A stretch of 63,722 nucleotides of DNA, the filler included, from Lenisia limosa (lineage: Eukaryota > Protista > Breviatea), in assembly GCA_001655205.1 (NCBI GenBank). It is 11 parts of 11 records of this genome, joined end to end, with 100 filler letters (N's around TTAATTAATTAA, not from the genome) between each part and the next. Parts side by side here need not be neighbours in the genome. Positions count along the whole stretch, not along the records: positions 21,987 to 31,480 come from LPNZ01008618.1; positions 31,581 to 38,463 come from LPNZ01009792.1; positions 38,564 to 41,609 come from LPNZ01001154.1; 8 more parts are not named here. One strand, written 5' to 3'. Position 1 is the stretch's first letter, and every line of letters starts with the position of its first letter. The position numbers were made by a program, and so were the translations under genes. Positions 28,001-39,140 of this stretch are shown here, in pieces. The notes beneath the pieces were generated by a model. That model worked only from the letters and a program-made list of their open reading frames with translations. It made no database searches and was not told the origin of the DNA.

Positions 28001-29230
28001 ATCCATTTCAGTTTTGTGCGTTCATTTGCCGGGGCGTGGACTGAGGGCAAGGCAGGGTCATGGAAGGAACCCGGCAGGAACCCGGGTTTTGAGGTTCATG
28101 TTCCACGTGCGGCCCGGCTTGTGGTTGAAATAAAGGTGGGGGTGTAGAGGAATAAAGGTTGAGACTAAGGTGGAGGGTTTATACTATTGGTACCTTATTA
28201 TATCATATCTTATATTTTATGTACTATTATTTGGGCTTCACTACCATCCCAAATAAGACCGAATTTCCCGATAAATCCTCAATAAATATCGATATTTTGA
28301 CGGTCTCTTTACATAATATGGCCGCTGTACCTGGAGTGACACCCCCCCCCCCCNNNNNNNNNNNNNNNNNNNNNNNNNNNNNNNNNNNNNNNNNNNNNNN
28401 NNNNNNNNNNNNNNNNNNNNNNNNNNNNNNNNNNNNNNNNNNNNNNNNNNNNNNNNNTGGTATGCGGGGAGATTGTGGATTGTGAAAGGACAAAAAATAT
28501 ATTTATCGAAATAACGGGCTCCGTGCAATTAATTGAAAAATTCATTTCGAAAGTTGAAGTCGGACATATTGTAACGAAAATCTCCAAATTTTGTCTTTTA
28601 TTATCTTCAAAAAACTAATTTCACGGAGCCCAAGAAAAAACATTCAGGAGGTAGTGATATTATGAACAAGGGGATTGAAGAGGGAAATGTGAAGGAAGAA
28701 GGAATAGAGGCCCTTTTTCCTATTCCCTGGTATAGAGAGGTAGGGGAGGAATAGGATTGTTTTGGGTTTTTATTTTTGGGTTTTTATTTTTGGGTTTTTA
28801 TTTTTGGGTTTTTATTTTTCACCCCCCCCCCCAGGAAACATTCGCCATGACTTCGACAGTTCTGTCAAAACCCGAGGCCTATACCTCCGAAATGTCTTGT
28901 ATCGACTTTCAACCGAAAGAGGGTGAGGACACCTTTTATGTAGTTTTCTTCAATATTTACGCAAATAGAATTAATCACAGCTTGGGGCTTCACTTCGGTT
29001 CGAAAAAGTTCTCATATTTTACTCGCCTTTTTCTGACTTTCGTGTAATTATTAGGATTAATCCTCATTTCACCCATCATCATTAACACAAATAGGAGTTA
29101 TCTTCTTTCTTGCATGTGCTTCATCCATCATGCTCCATGCTTACAGAATTAGGAATTATCACCGTCATCCCTTCGACCTTCGAAATGGGCCAACTCGGAC
29201 GGTTCAAAATCACCTTTTACTATGCTGTAT
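22025..29230 (+). CDS. CAPN7: Calpain-7/PalB-like cysteine protease (partial; N-terminal part in gap)
   Basis: Exons NRMTKGYSKGSGLFTCATG / DLTSEEEARFGLVSRHAYAIFQ / VRDACGKRMVQLKNPWGHKRYK / GRYSYDRASDWTAELKEALQY / DPASANNDNGIFWTDF / DVFLSWNPNRF follow the calpain-7 catalytic domain in order, with catalytic His (HAY) and Asn (NPW) intact. Domain-III exons follow: GAWTEGKAG..NPGF and IITVIPSTFEMGQLGRF. A final exon may lie near 29.8 kb. Confidence 0.85.
22340..22426. mobile_element. CAGTGACCGGGATAAG-family MITE (Tc1/mariner-like ends)
   Basis: TIR CAGTGACCGGG.TAAG / CTTATCCCGGTGACTG. Other copies at 23696-23924, 57110-57187 (TA on both sides) and 59986-60058. Confidence 0.75.
23276..23371. mobile_element. 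GGGCTTCCCTACGG-TIR MITE (subfamily B)
   Basis: GGGCTACCCTACGGTCC...GGACCGTAGGGAAGCCC. Similar copies at 34819-34913, 47239-47333 and 63468-63562. Confidence 0.8.
23696..23924. mobile_element. Nested CAGTG-family MITE (outer ~30-bp inverted repeats enclosing a second copy)
   Basis: CGGGATAAGTCTTGACAGATTTGCTACA ... TGTAGCAAATCTGTCAAGACTTATCCCG. An inner family copy lies at ~23831-23893. Confidence 0.7.
26022..26470. repeat. ~37-bp minisatellite (GTAGACAACAATGAGACAGGTGCTGGCCATTGCCAAG), about 12 copies
   Basis: Directly visible tandem array with two 10-N gaps; it explains the repetitive ORFs in all three minus frames. Confidence 0.95.
28516..28631. mobile_element. GGGCTCCGTG-TIR MITE (subfamily C)
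   Basis: GGGCTCCGTGCAATTAATT...AACTAATTTCACGGAGCCC. Minimal 30-bp version at 60570-60599; half-copies at ~23403 and ~60360. Confidence 0.7.
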
Positions 29231-30212
29231 GGCGGTGAAAGATTACCTTTTGCAATATCTCTTATATAAGCGTGATGGTGTGGACGGCTTTGGCCAGACA
29301 CAACCTTGTNNNNNNNNNNNNNNNNNNNNNNNNNNNNNNNNNNNNNNNNNNNNNNNNNNNNNNNNTATGAAAAAAAAAAGGGGGGGGGGGTGCACATAAC
29401 AATCCTTCTACCTACATCATTTCTACATAATGTACATGCCATAGGAAATTACCATTTACTCTGCTCTCAGTAAAAAGCTGCATGGAGCTGAAAAAGAAAT
29501 GATTTTGCTAAATCCCCTCCTCCCTTTTTTTTTTTTCATATTCTCACTTTTTCAGTGCACGCAGGGCCTTCAGATTTCTTTGCTCTAATTTTTTTCGGTT
29601 TATTTATTTATGTTGTTTTGTTTCAAAACGCTGCCCTTTCTCTTACTCTTTTTTGTGGCTTGGGATAAAGACACTTTTCCATATCAATCCCAAGTCAATG
29701 CTCGGTAGTGAAATATTATCGGCAATACGGAACCAAAATATTACATACACTTGTCTGTAGAGTTTCAATCTGGTGAAGGCTTGCCCAAATGGACGGGGAA
29801 GTTTAACTACTGATAACACCAGACGTGATTCGAATGATTCGGAGTGATAAATTATGCTTCTGGTCCATGATTATTTGTCTTCCAAGATTTTACTCAATCA
29901 AGAAGAAAACAAAGTTTATAATACAACTACTCTACAACCAAATACATAATTAACGTTGGAACTCGTCAACAGGCCTAAAAAAGGTGAAATGAGTGGGGGG
30001 GGGGGGGNNNNNNNNNNNNNNNNNNNNNNNNNNNNNNNNNNNNNNNNNNNNNNNNNNNNNNNNNNNNNNNNNNNNNNNNNNNNNNNNNNNNNNNNNNNNN
30101 NNNNNNNNNNNNNNNNNNNNNNNNNNNNNNNNNNNNNNNNNNNNNNNNNNNNNNNNNNNNNNNNNNNNNNNNNNNNNNNNNNNNNNNNNNNNNNNNNNNN
30201 NNNNNNNNNNNN

Positions 30213-31390
30213 TCTTGGTCCTGGAACTGCGGCACTGAAGGAACTAGTGGGAGGAGGTGTGAGGGTTGTTGAAGTTGTGGGAGTTGTTGAAGTTGTGGGA
30301 GTTGTTGGAGCAGTGAAGCTTGCTGGAGCTGCTGTTGGGCGGAATGCTGTTGTTGCAAATGGCGAAGGACCTCAGATTGGTCCACGTGCTCTGTTTCTGT
30401 AACCTGAATGGTAAAACAGGATTCTGATGCAATAACAGAGCCACAATTGTAAAAACGAGCCTTTTTACAAAAAATTATTCCTAAACATTCCACTTTTATC
30501 ACTTTTTCTTTTTAAACTACAGACACCTTTTTATGAGCCCATAATTAGATATAATTTGCAGTTACCTGGGGTTCCGGAAGAGGCAGTGTAATTGGAGGGT
30601 TGTTTTCTGGCACACCAGCATCAGTCTACTTAGTAAGGTACCNNNNNNNNNNNNNNNNNNNNNNNNNNNNNNNNNNNNNNNNNNNNNNNNNNNNNNNNNN
30701 NNNNNNNNNNNNNNNNNNNNNNNNNNNNNNNNNNNNNNNNNNNNNNNNNNNNNNNNNNNNNNNNNNCGTTAGTAATCTATTATAAACACTGGTATTATTG
30801 ACAGTATACTAAAGGTCATCTTCAAATATAGTTATATATAATCCGCGGAATACCTATAAATTTACACTGTATGCCAAGAATGAATTAAAAGAAATATCAT
30901 GAAAAACCATTCCAAAAAACAAGAGATATGATGACCAAATATTTTCTCATATAAATCCAGCCACTTCCCGAGGGCTTCACTTCAGTTCGAAAAAAAGTGA
31001 AGCCCTACACTTCTCATATGATAGAAAGATACTCAGCCCTCCGCGGACATGGAAAGTGGCGTGAATCGGCGGGATGGTGAACTGCGGGAGGTCGTCCTGA
31101 GGGAAGTAAATTGGGGGTAACAGTAAGCGAAAAAGGCCAAAAATCAACACAGTTGGCTAGGTTAGAAGAGAGGAATAAGAGAATAAAAGAAGAATAAAAG
31201 AAGAATAAAAGAAGAATAAAAGAAGATAAAAGAGAAGAAGTAGAATAAAAGTAGAAGAAGAGAAAAAAAGGCCTACCGGTAAGGTTTCTGGGCCAAGGGG
31301 TGGGAACTGTGACTGGCTAAATGAAAACACGGGGGGTTCTGAAGGGTTAGGGGGACCAAGTTGATTTTGGGACAAGATGAAGATAAGTTG
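30213..31390 (-). CDS. Partial Gln/Pro-rich low-complexity protein
   Basis: Open exon EHVDQSEVLRHLQQQHSAQQQLQQASLLQQLPQLQQLPQLQQP (30213-30400), plus short GT-bounded exons near 30.6 and 31.3 kb. Confidence 0.45.
30972..31005. mobile_element. Minimal 34-bp GGGCTTCAC-TIR element
   Basis: GGGCTTCACTTCAGTTCGAAAAAAAGTGAAGCCC: both termini with the core deleted. Confidence 0.7.
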
Positions 31391-31672
31391 ATTTTGCTTT
31401 GATATGGAAGTACAAAAGACACACAAACAGGTAACATAGTACACAAATTTATGATATCATAACATCTACATACCCGGGGGNNNNNNNNNNNNNNNNNNNN
31501 NNNNNNNNNNNNNNNNNNNNNNNNTTAATTAATTAANNNNNNNNNNNNNNNNNNNNNNNNNNNNNNNNNNNNNNNNNNNNAAAAATCAAATCGCGGTTTC
31601 AGCTTTATTGGCGTCAAATGACATGGCAATAAATGGTGTGCCAGGAAAGCTTGTGTTAAGAAAAGAATCAAA

Positions 31673-34600
31673 ATGAACAACACTCCTCCTAATGTTACTT
31701 CAGAACGAGGGCACCGAACGGCTATTGAACACTTGCCTAAAAAGGAAGCCAAGCTACTGACTAATCAGCTCCAAGCCCTCGAGGACTCCATGGTGAACTG
31801 CAAAGCCCTCAAGATCATTTGGACCTCCGGGTCAACTTTTACTGTGTGCAAGCTTGGATTATTTCCCCCGTTATTCACTTTTCTCATAATGTACTGTTTT
31901 TTTTTGGTTTTCATCAATCATTTTGTATTCCAAGTTGAATAAAAATACATATCTTCTCTTGTTCTTCAAAACAGTTAACACCTTGCTTTTTTAGATAATC
32001 ACTGACCATGTGCGGTCTCTCAATGTCAGACTCGACCCTCTGAGTGGAGACTTGATTGACGCTCAAGTTGACGCCCGTCTCTTTACTCCGGCAGCTGTTT
32101 TAGACGGTCTGTGAGGTTCTCGCTTTGTTTTCTCTAAAATACGGTCTCACCACCTCGCCAATACTGTTTTAAACGATGGCCCTGAAGTACCCCCTGCTAT
32201 TTTTTATCTCACTAACTGTTGTTTATTGGTCGGTTATTTATTTGCACCGCTCGTTTGAAACTATGATATCACTTCATTATTGCATTATGGGTAAAGCGAA
32301 AATCTGTGAAACGCTGACTTTTGCCGTGGTACCATATTCTTCTCATCATGTACTCCCACCCCTCAGCTGTCATATCCACGTCATCACCCTCAGCTGTCAT
32401 ATCCACACCATTACCCTCCAGCGTGTCTGATGTCGACGTACAGTCTCACACTCTCACCCGATGGGCTTCTAACCGCCACGTGCACCAAAAAGGGGAAAGC
32501 CTGGTCGGAGTCAAAGAAGGGCAATGATTATGTGGTATGATGGAGTTGGATAATATTGTATTCATGTAAAATTATTGGGTTTGCATTGATAGCGTTTTAT
32601 ATCTGGATATACAATGCATATAAGAATGCTGCTTTTGTGTCGTGCTTGTCAGATTGTTAAACTTGTTTACCTTATAGGTAGCAGCATCATTGAGTATCGG
32701 ACAGGACTGCCAACGCATCTCAGTCTCCAAGTCCGAGGATTTCGCTGTCGTACTTTCAAGTCGTGCCGTGACTGTTGTATCGACTGTGCTCAACCCTAGC
32801 ATTCCGCTTCTTTCCTCGTTGGCCCAAGTGCAATGCGAAGGAGAAGTATTGTTTTGTGAGGTACGCCTTTTCTTCTATACAGCACCTTATTTTAGAGTAC
32901 TGTGATCTCTTACAACCCGCTTTATGGACCAAATAATTAGGGCTTCACTTCGGCTCGAAAAAGACGGGAAAATAGTGAGTTTTGAAGTTTTTTCGAGAAA
33001 CTCAGTCTTTTTTCGAACCAAAGTGAAGCCTTACAAATAACATATTCCCTATTTCCGATTTTCGGGTTCATCAAAAATGAGTTGGAGATTTGAAGCTGAT
33101 ATGTTTTAATGGTCGTTAAAATTGTGTACAACATATGATATCGATATGTTAATACACACATAAGATATGGTATAGTAGTTGAGAAAGTGCATATCCCTTC
33201 CTCACACTGCAGTTCAGCGCTTCTGATCCCTCGGTGCTTCATTTGGTCTACCGAATTGTTCCCGAACAAGACAGTCCTGAAGAGGCAGTGGCTCTCCCTG
33301 GAGACTCCCCAGGTTTGCTGTGAGGAGTCTTTCTGAAATTACAAATAAATCTATCAACACATTTTGACAATATTATATTATATGTCTGACATTCTATGTA
33401 AAAAAATATTGTGCTTGTGGGAAGGGTTTCTTTGTCAACAATAGATGCCATTATCTATCCTGTTGTTCTCACATCATAGTTCCTCCACCTCCCTCAGCCA
33501 ATGACACCGTCGTCTTCAAGTCTCTTAAAATGATTGATGGAGAGGTGGGTGTCTTGTTTAAAATTGATTGGATAGGTTTATGTTTAATAATGTTTGATAC
33601 GGAGGTGGGGAGGGTATGAATGATCGTATAAAAGAGCTACGATAAGCGTTTATACCCATCATTTCTAATAAATCATGCCATTTTACATAATGTATTCATG
33701 GTGATATATATTCGACTTGAATCCAACAGTGCCTTCAAAAACCCTTTTCCAGCCACGTTTCGGACGTTTTTGTTGGAAGTGCACTTTTGACATTTTAGTT
33801 GGAAGAACTAGCTTGCCGGGTGTTCACGATGGCCACACCTACTCACTGTCAAGTCAGCCCGCAAGAAAACAGGGTAGGACTCATTTCCACGTGTTTGACT
33901 GGATCAAGTGGTTGAAGTTTAATCGTTTATTTTTATATAATAGTGTAGAATATGACATTAATGTGACTGTGTTTCGGGTTTTTACCATTATACGTACACG
34001 ACAGATGGTCTGGTTCACGCATTCCAGCTTGCCTTCGGTTGCAGTGACGGCTCCGTGCTTTTGTACGACAGTGGATCGGATGATCTAAAATTCACGGCTG
34101 GAACAGGGAAGGTCAGTTAAATCAATATTCATTAAGGGCTGAAAGGTACCTCAATATATTCGATATTTATTGAGGAAGGAGCTAGTTTTTGTCGTAACTT
34201 AACCGGAGATATAATGTTGTTGAGACTTACTTTTTTTGTCTTCAAAATGGGCTAAAATTATTTTTCATTGAACAGATATAATTAGTAAAAGTCATCTGAA
34301 ATATAGGATAATCAATCACAAATAGTGAAATATTTTAGCTTCTTGCCTTCGTTTCACCGTTATCCAATACCCTTATTGACCCGGGCCCAGGTTGAGGCAC
34401 TCGCGTTCCATCCCGCCGGCGGCCTCTTTGCTGTCTGGCGCTCCAGCTCCGGACTAGCGGTCTATGACCTCTGTCTCAACCACATTCGGACCGGACCAGG
34501 AGGGTTGATACATAAGGCGNNNNNNNNNNNNNNNNNNNNNNNNNNNNNNNNNNNNNNNNNNNNNNNNNNNNNNNNNNNNNNNNNNNNNNNNNNNNNNNNN

Positions 34601-37600
34601 NNNNNAATATTGCATATTATATCTACCAGGCGTATCTTTAGATAGAGTGGAAAATAATAGTTTACATGTGTTGTAATTACTCAAAAAGTGATACACTATA
34701 ATAAGCACGCGGTAAAATGATGCATTATAGCTACTCGAGATTATTGACCGTCAAAGTATCAATGATTCTCTGATACTCGGGGTGAATGTTCATTTCCATC
34801 TTTGTTCACCATCACAAGGGGTTCCCTACGGTCCCAAAAAAGACCGAATATCTCGATAAATCCTAGATAAATATCGATATTTAAATGGTCTTTTTCGGAC
34901 CATAGGGAAGCCCTAATCATCACAAGTGGATATGGGTTAACATAAACACATGATGCAAAGCAATCANNNNNNNNNNNNNNNNNNNNNNNNNNNNNNNNNN
35001 NNNNNNNNNNNNNNNNNNNNNNNNNNNNNNNNNNNNNCTGAGGCAACATGCATGAAGTGGTCACCCTACGTTGTTGGCGAGCCGGAGAACATCGATAACC
35101 CCTTTGGCCCGGCCCGACTGCACCATCTGGCTGTGGCCTTCTATCAGTGGGGGGAGGGGGGGGGGATTGCTCATTTCAAACTTGATTGAATTGCCAACGA
35201 TTATTTGTAGTATTATTATACTGATCATCACCAAGTGTGACGAATGAATACTGTACTTAACACTACAGTGGTCCCATTTTAGCCTACCATGTTGACACCG
35301 GACTTGTGGCCCNNNNNNNNNNNNNNNNNNNNNNNNNNNNNNNNNNNNNNNNNNNNNNNNNNNNNNNNNNNNNNNNNNNNNNNNNNNNNNNNNNNNNNNN
35401 NNNNNNNNNNNNNNNNNNNNNNNNNNNNNNNNNNNNNNNNNNNNNNNNNNNNNNNNNNNNNNNNNNNNNNNNNNNNNNNNNNNNNNNNNNNNNNNNNNNN
35501 NNNNNNNNNNNNNNNNNNNNNNNNNNNNNNNNNTGGCTGGCAGCACGTGACTGGATCACTGATATCATTAGACTGCCCCTTGGCAAGGCTGATGGTGTGG
35601 AGTGTGGGGGAATGTTGAACAGTTTGAAGGATATTTAGATGTGTTTCCCAAAAACAAAACTTGTTTTCGGGTAATTAACAGGGTAGATGACAGGCTTTGT
35701 GTTGCATTTGGTGTTGCTGTTATCTAACCCTCTTGTAGCATTGATTATTGACGCTTTCCACTCCCTGTGGGTCGGCTACTCTGCTGCGCTCCCTGAACAG
35801 CCGAACACCATCCTCCCCCCTTCCGTCTCATGTTGGCAGGATTGTTCAAGAATTATGTTCATTCTGTTGATTAAATCATATTTTCTTCAATTTTTTTGAA
35901 TTTTCCTCACTAATTCATTTTTTTTTTATATTAAAAGCAAACGAAAATGAAGGCAATGAACCATTGTGTGCTCTTATTTACATACTCTTCAAAATCTTAT
36001 TTTTTTTTACGAGTAAGGACTTTCAATATGCTCATCTTGGTTTTGGCGTTCTGTATAATTTGTCCAGCTATCCTTATGCAAGCTTCCATAGAGTCCATTG
36101 GCGTAAGTTAATGAGGGATAGTAAGAGTGCTCCTATCCATTGTGTTGTCTTTTACACAATATAGCTTCATTATATTGGAAAACACCAAAACTAGGTGTAT
36201 TATCACTCTTCATCGTTATAACGTACTAACAAGCTTTGTTGTCATATTCATTATATCATATTGTGTTGCCAGTCAACCGAACAAAAGACTTAAAACTGTC
36301 TTCATGGCAACGCAGTCGGAAAGCCCCTCTGAATCCACGCTCAATAATCCTCGACGCCACCCCATTCCCAGCCCTCTCCCCAGCCCGGATGTTCCGCAGA
36401 AAAATCTTGATCTTAGCGCTCTTAAACTCTCAGAGGTAGGTTTTTATAGACTCAGAAGGTAAAGATCAAATATATAATTAGTACATTCAAATCAGATATC
36501 ATATTTACCTCAATCATGAAGCCGAATTGATATTTATTTACGCTCTCTTAAAAGACGTATTGGTAGAACTCTTTATTGACGTATTGGTAGAACTCTTTGT
36601 AGACGTATTGGTAGAACTCTTTATAGACGTGGTAGAACTATTTTTAGACGTATTGGTAGAACTCTTTATAGACGTATTGGTTGAACGGTACACACATCTC
36701 GCTTTTATGGTGAATCTTCTCAAATTCAAAATGATGAAGAACATTCAACTCCCCTCAGGCATTATTATTAATCAGGATTCACCACCTTATTATTTGTAGA
36801 CTCAGAAGTTATTGGTACCCTTATGGAGAAGGGTATTCTACCGCTTCCTCTGGTGGGAAGAAGCGAATCAATAAAAAACACCAATATCACAGAATTGTCC
36901 TGATATGTCGAGTGCTTTTTCAGCTTTTCATCCACCCCACTTTCTCTTCACCCCAGTATTGTCAAAAAGCTACAATGCCATGGTTATTATCCCACCCCAC
37001 CAAGTTATTTGCTTTGTTTTAGGGCTTTACTTCGGTTCAAAAAAAGACTGAATTTCTCGATAAATCCTCGAAAAATATCGATTAACGGTCTTTTTCTCAC
37101 CGAAATGAAGCCCAAGTATTTTTCAACTATCCTCTTTTCAAATATTTAGCCAACATTTTTGAGTTTGTGAGTTATTTGTGGTATAAATTCCCCATTTTAC
37201 CCCCCCCCCAGCCTCCGAAACTACGAAAACGCCTTCCACCTAGCTAGTGTCATGCAAGCACCCGACCTGATGCGCGATCTTGAGCGCCACGCTAGAGCTG
37301 CGCGCGAGCCAGCAACTGCAGACATCGCGGAAAAGGTTGCAGTGTGTTGTTTTCGGTGACGTCAAATACTCGTGTTAGTATTCTTCTGGCTTACTTTATG
37401 TGGATAGGTGGCTTTAGCTCTCTTTTATAAGGCTCCACTTCAGTTCAAAAATTGACTAGATTTCTCAATAAATTCTCGGTGTTGTCTGACCAAAATAATG
37501 CCCTAAAAATATGCCACCTACTTATTCCCAAAGGCATTAGCTCGATTCCCTGAGGCCGTCCCACCCTATGCAGTCGACTTTGGCGACGAGCCCGTTGCCT

Positions 37601-38249
37601 TGGTACCCGGGGTCTGGACAAGCAATTGGTCTTTTTTCAACTGCACTCTGGTGATGTATTATTATAATTGTTTTCAAATCTACATTTTGACACAATACAC
37701 CAGCCCCTCATTTCGTGATGAGTACCTTTACACTAGATAATCTTTTTGAAATTTCCTTCATTTTACCCCCCCCCCCAGGTGGTTGGAGACTATAGCGACG
37801 AGTCGTCACTCTTCAATAATGCTGAGATATCAAGATTGCAACCCGTCTTAGCTGTGGGTAAAGTGTTTCAGAGATGCTTTCTTATATTTCTTTCCATTCA
37901 TATACCAACATCGTTTTATTATTTGAAAGTATAAATAATGCTTTTGTTTATATTTTGGTAGTCAATATTTCCCTTTCTACAGGACTTTGAAACAGCCATT
38001 CTACCACACATGATTTCTCCCATCCTACCTTATGCTTCCCTTTGCTCGTCTGAATTTTTGATATTGGTTATACCACATTCTTTTTCGAAGGCCGTAACCC
38101 CTTAGGCCAATGTAGGAGCCTCGATCCTTCGTGATGCCGCTGCCCTCTGTGACATAGAAAACGTCGCTGCTGAAGTGGACCGACTGTCTACTGTCGACCC
38201 TGACCGGCTGACAAAGGACGATGCTGCGCTACTTGGTGGGCTGAAGTGA
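31673..38249 (+). CDS. WDPCP: WD-repeat planar cell polarity effector Fritz/WDPCP (CPLANE subunit)
   Basis: Exons match motifs I recall from WDPCP: LQALEDSMVNCKALKIIWTSG; LAFGCSDGSVLLYD (cf. LILGCEDSSLILYE); LAFHPAGGLFAV..SGLAVYDLCLNHI (cf. HPSGAILLVG..GELQIFDMAL); LRNYENAFHLASVMQAPDLMRDLERHA (cf. FEKAFLLAVDVGARDLFMDIHYLA). Last exon ends DAALLGGLK* (TGA 38247-38249). The true start may be upstream. Confidence 0.75.
32940..33031. mobile_element. GGGCTTCACTTCGG-TIR MITE (subfamily A)
   Basis: GGGCTTCACTTCGGCTCGAAAAAGAC...GTCTTTTTTCGAACCAAAGTGAAGCCT. Full copies at 37022-37113, 45229-45308 and 55293-55377; partial copies near 28233, 28985, 37432, 46440, 57500, 60320 and 60447. Confidence 0.85.
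36554..36685. repeat. 24-bp tandem repeat (GACGTATTGGTAGAACTCTTTATA), about 5.5 copies, intronic
   Basis: Directly visible; produces the DVLVELFI pseudo-ORF. Confidence 0.9.
37022..37113. mobile_element. GGGCTTCACTTCGG-TIR MITE (subfamily A)
   Basis: GGGCTTTACTTCGG...CCGAAATGAAGCCC with core AAAAAGACTGAATTTCTCGATAAATCCTCGAAAAATATCGAT. Confidence 0.85.
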
Positions 38250-38584
38250 AGTGTAAACTTTTTATCAAACGCTGCTAATGGTCTCAAAAATAGCAAAATA
38301 TGTATTTAGGTTCACAATAATTGATTCTTGACACCTGAAACATATCTGATATAGCACATAGTGTATTCGTTTTTATTTGTTCAAGTCTTTGGAGGTAGTT
38401 TTATTTTTATATAAGTGGTCGAGTTTGGCCTTGACCGCGTATTTAGCCTTGACCGCGTATTTGNNNNNNNNNNNNNNNNNNNNNNNNNNNNNNNNNNNNN
38501 NNNNNNNTTAATTAATTAANNNNNNNNNNNNNNNNNNNNNNNNNNNNNNNNNNNNNNNNNNNNAAATCTGCATTGATTGTGTAG

Positions 38585-39140
38585 CACCGAGGCAACAGCA
38601 AAGGCATGTCTGAGTGTTGAGTACAGCCCATTGCCGGACTGTGTTACCACCGGGGTAAGAACCTCTTTTCTCCATCGTCGACTTCTTCTTCTTCTTTTTC
38701 TTCTTCTTGCTGGTGTTTCAGTTATCATCATCATTATTTCATGGTCAAACGTATACATGGCTGGGACGCCTTTTTATCTTTCTTCTTCTATTCTTTTTTC
38801 CTCTGATAATCTCTGTATACGACAACGATGCTTGTGAAGCTAGCTCACATCATTTGCACCAACAACGTCCAAACAAACCTTACCCAGCATCCAGACCACG
38901 GAAACGCCCCTCCTGCCCCGTGACCACAGCGACCGCATTCTGTGCACCCTCCCACGCCCGGCTAATGGTAAGACTCGTGGGATACGTCGTAGCATTACCC
39001 CTGATCTCCATTTTTATACCTCCAGTTCCTCATCGGCTGACCACGTCCTACGCGGCAGACATAGACGAAGGACGGGCCCGGGTCCCCCTTCTCGCGTTCG
39101 GGGCATCCCATGTCCCAAGTCTGGTCCACACCGGGCTGAG
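38585..39140 (+). CDS. Partial multi-exon gene, unknown product
   Basis: GT-AG-bounded exons TEATAKACLSVEYSPLPDCVTTG / ETPLLPRDHSDRILCTLPRPAN / VPHRLTTSYAADIDEGRARVPLLAFG. Confidence 0.4.

Noticed and set aside
36527-36799. DVLVELFI repeat ORF
   Set aside because: Translation of an intronic 24-bp tandem repeat.
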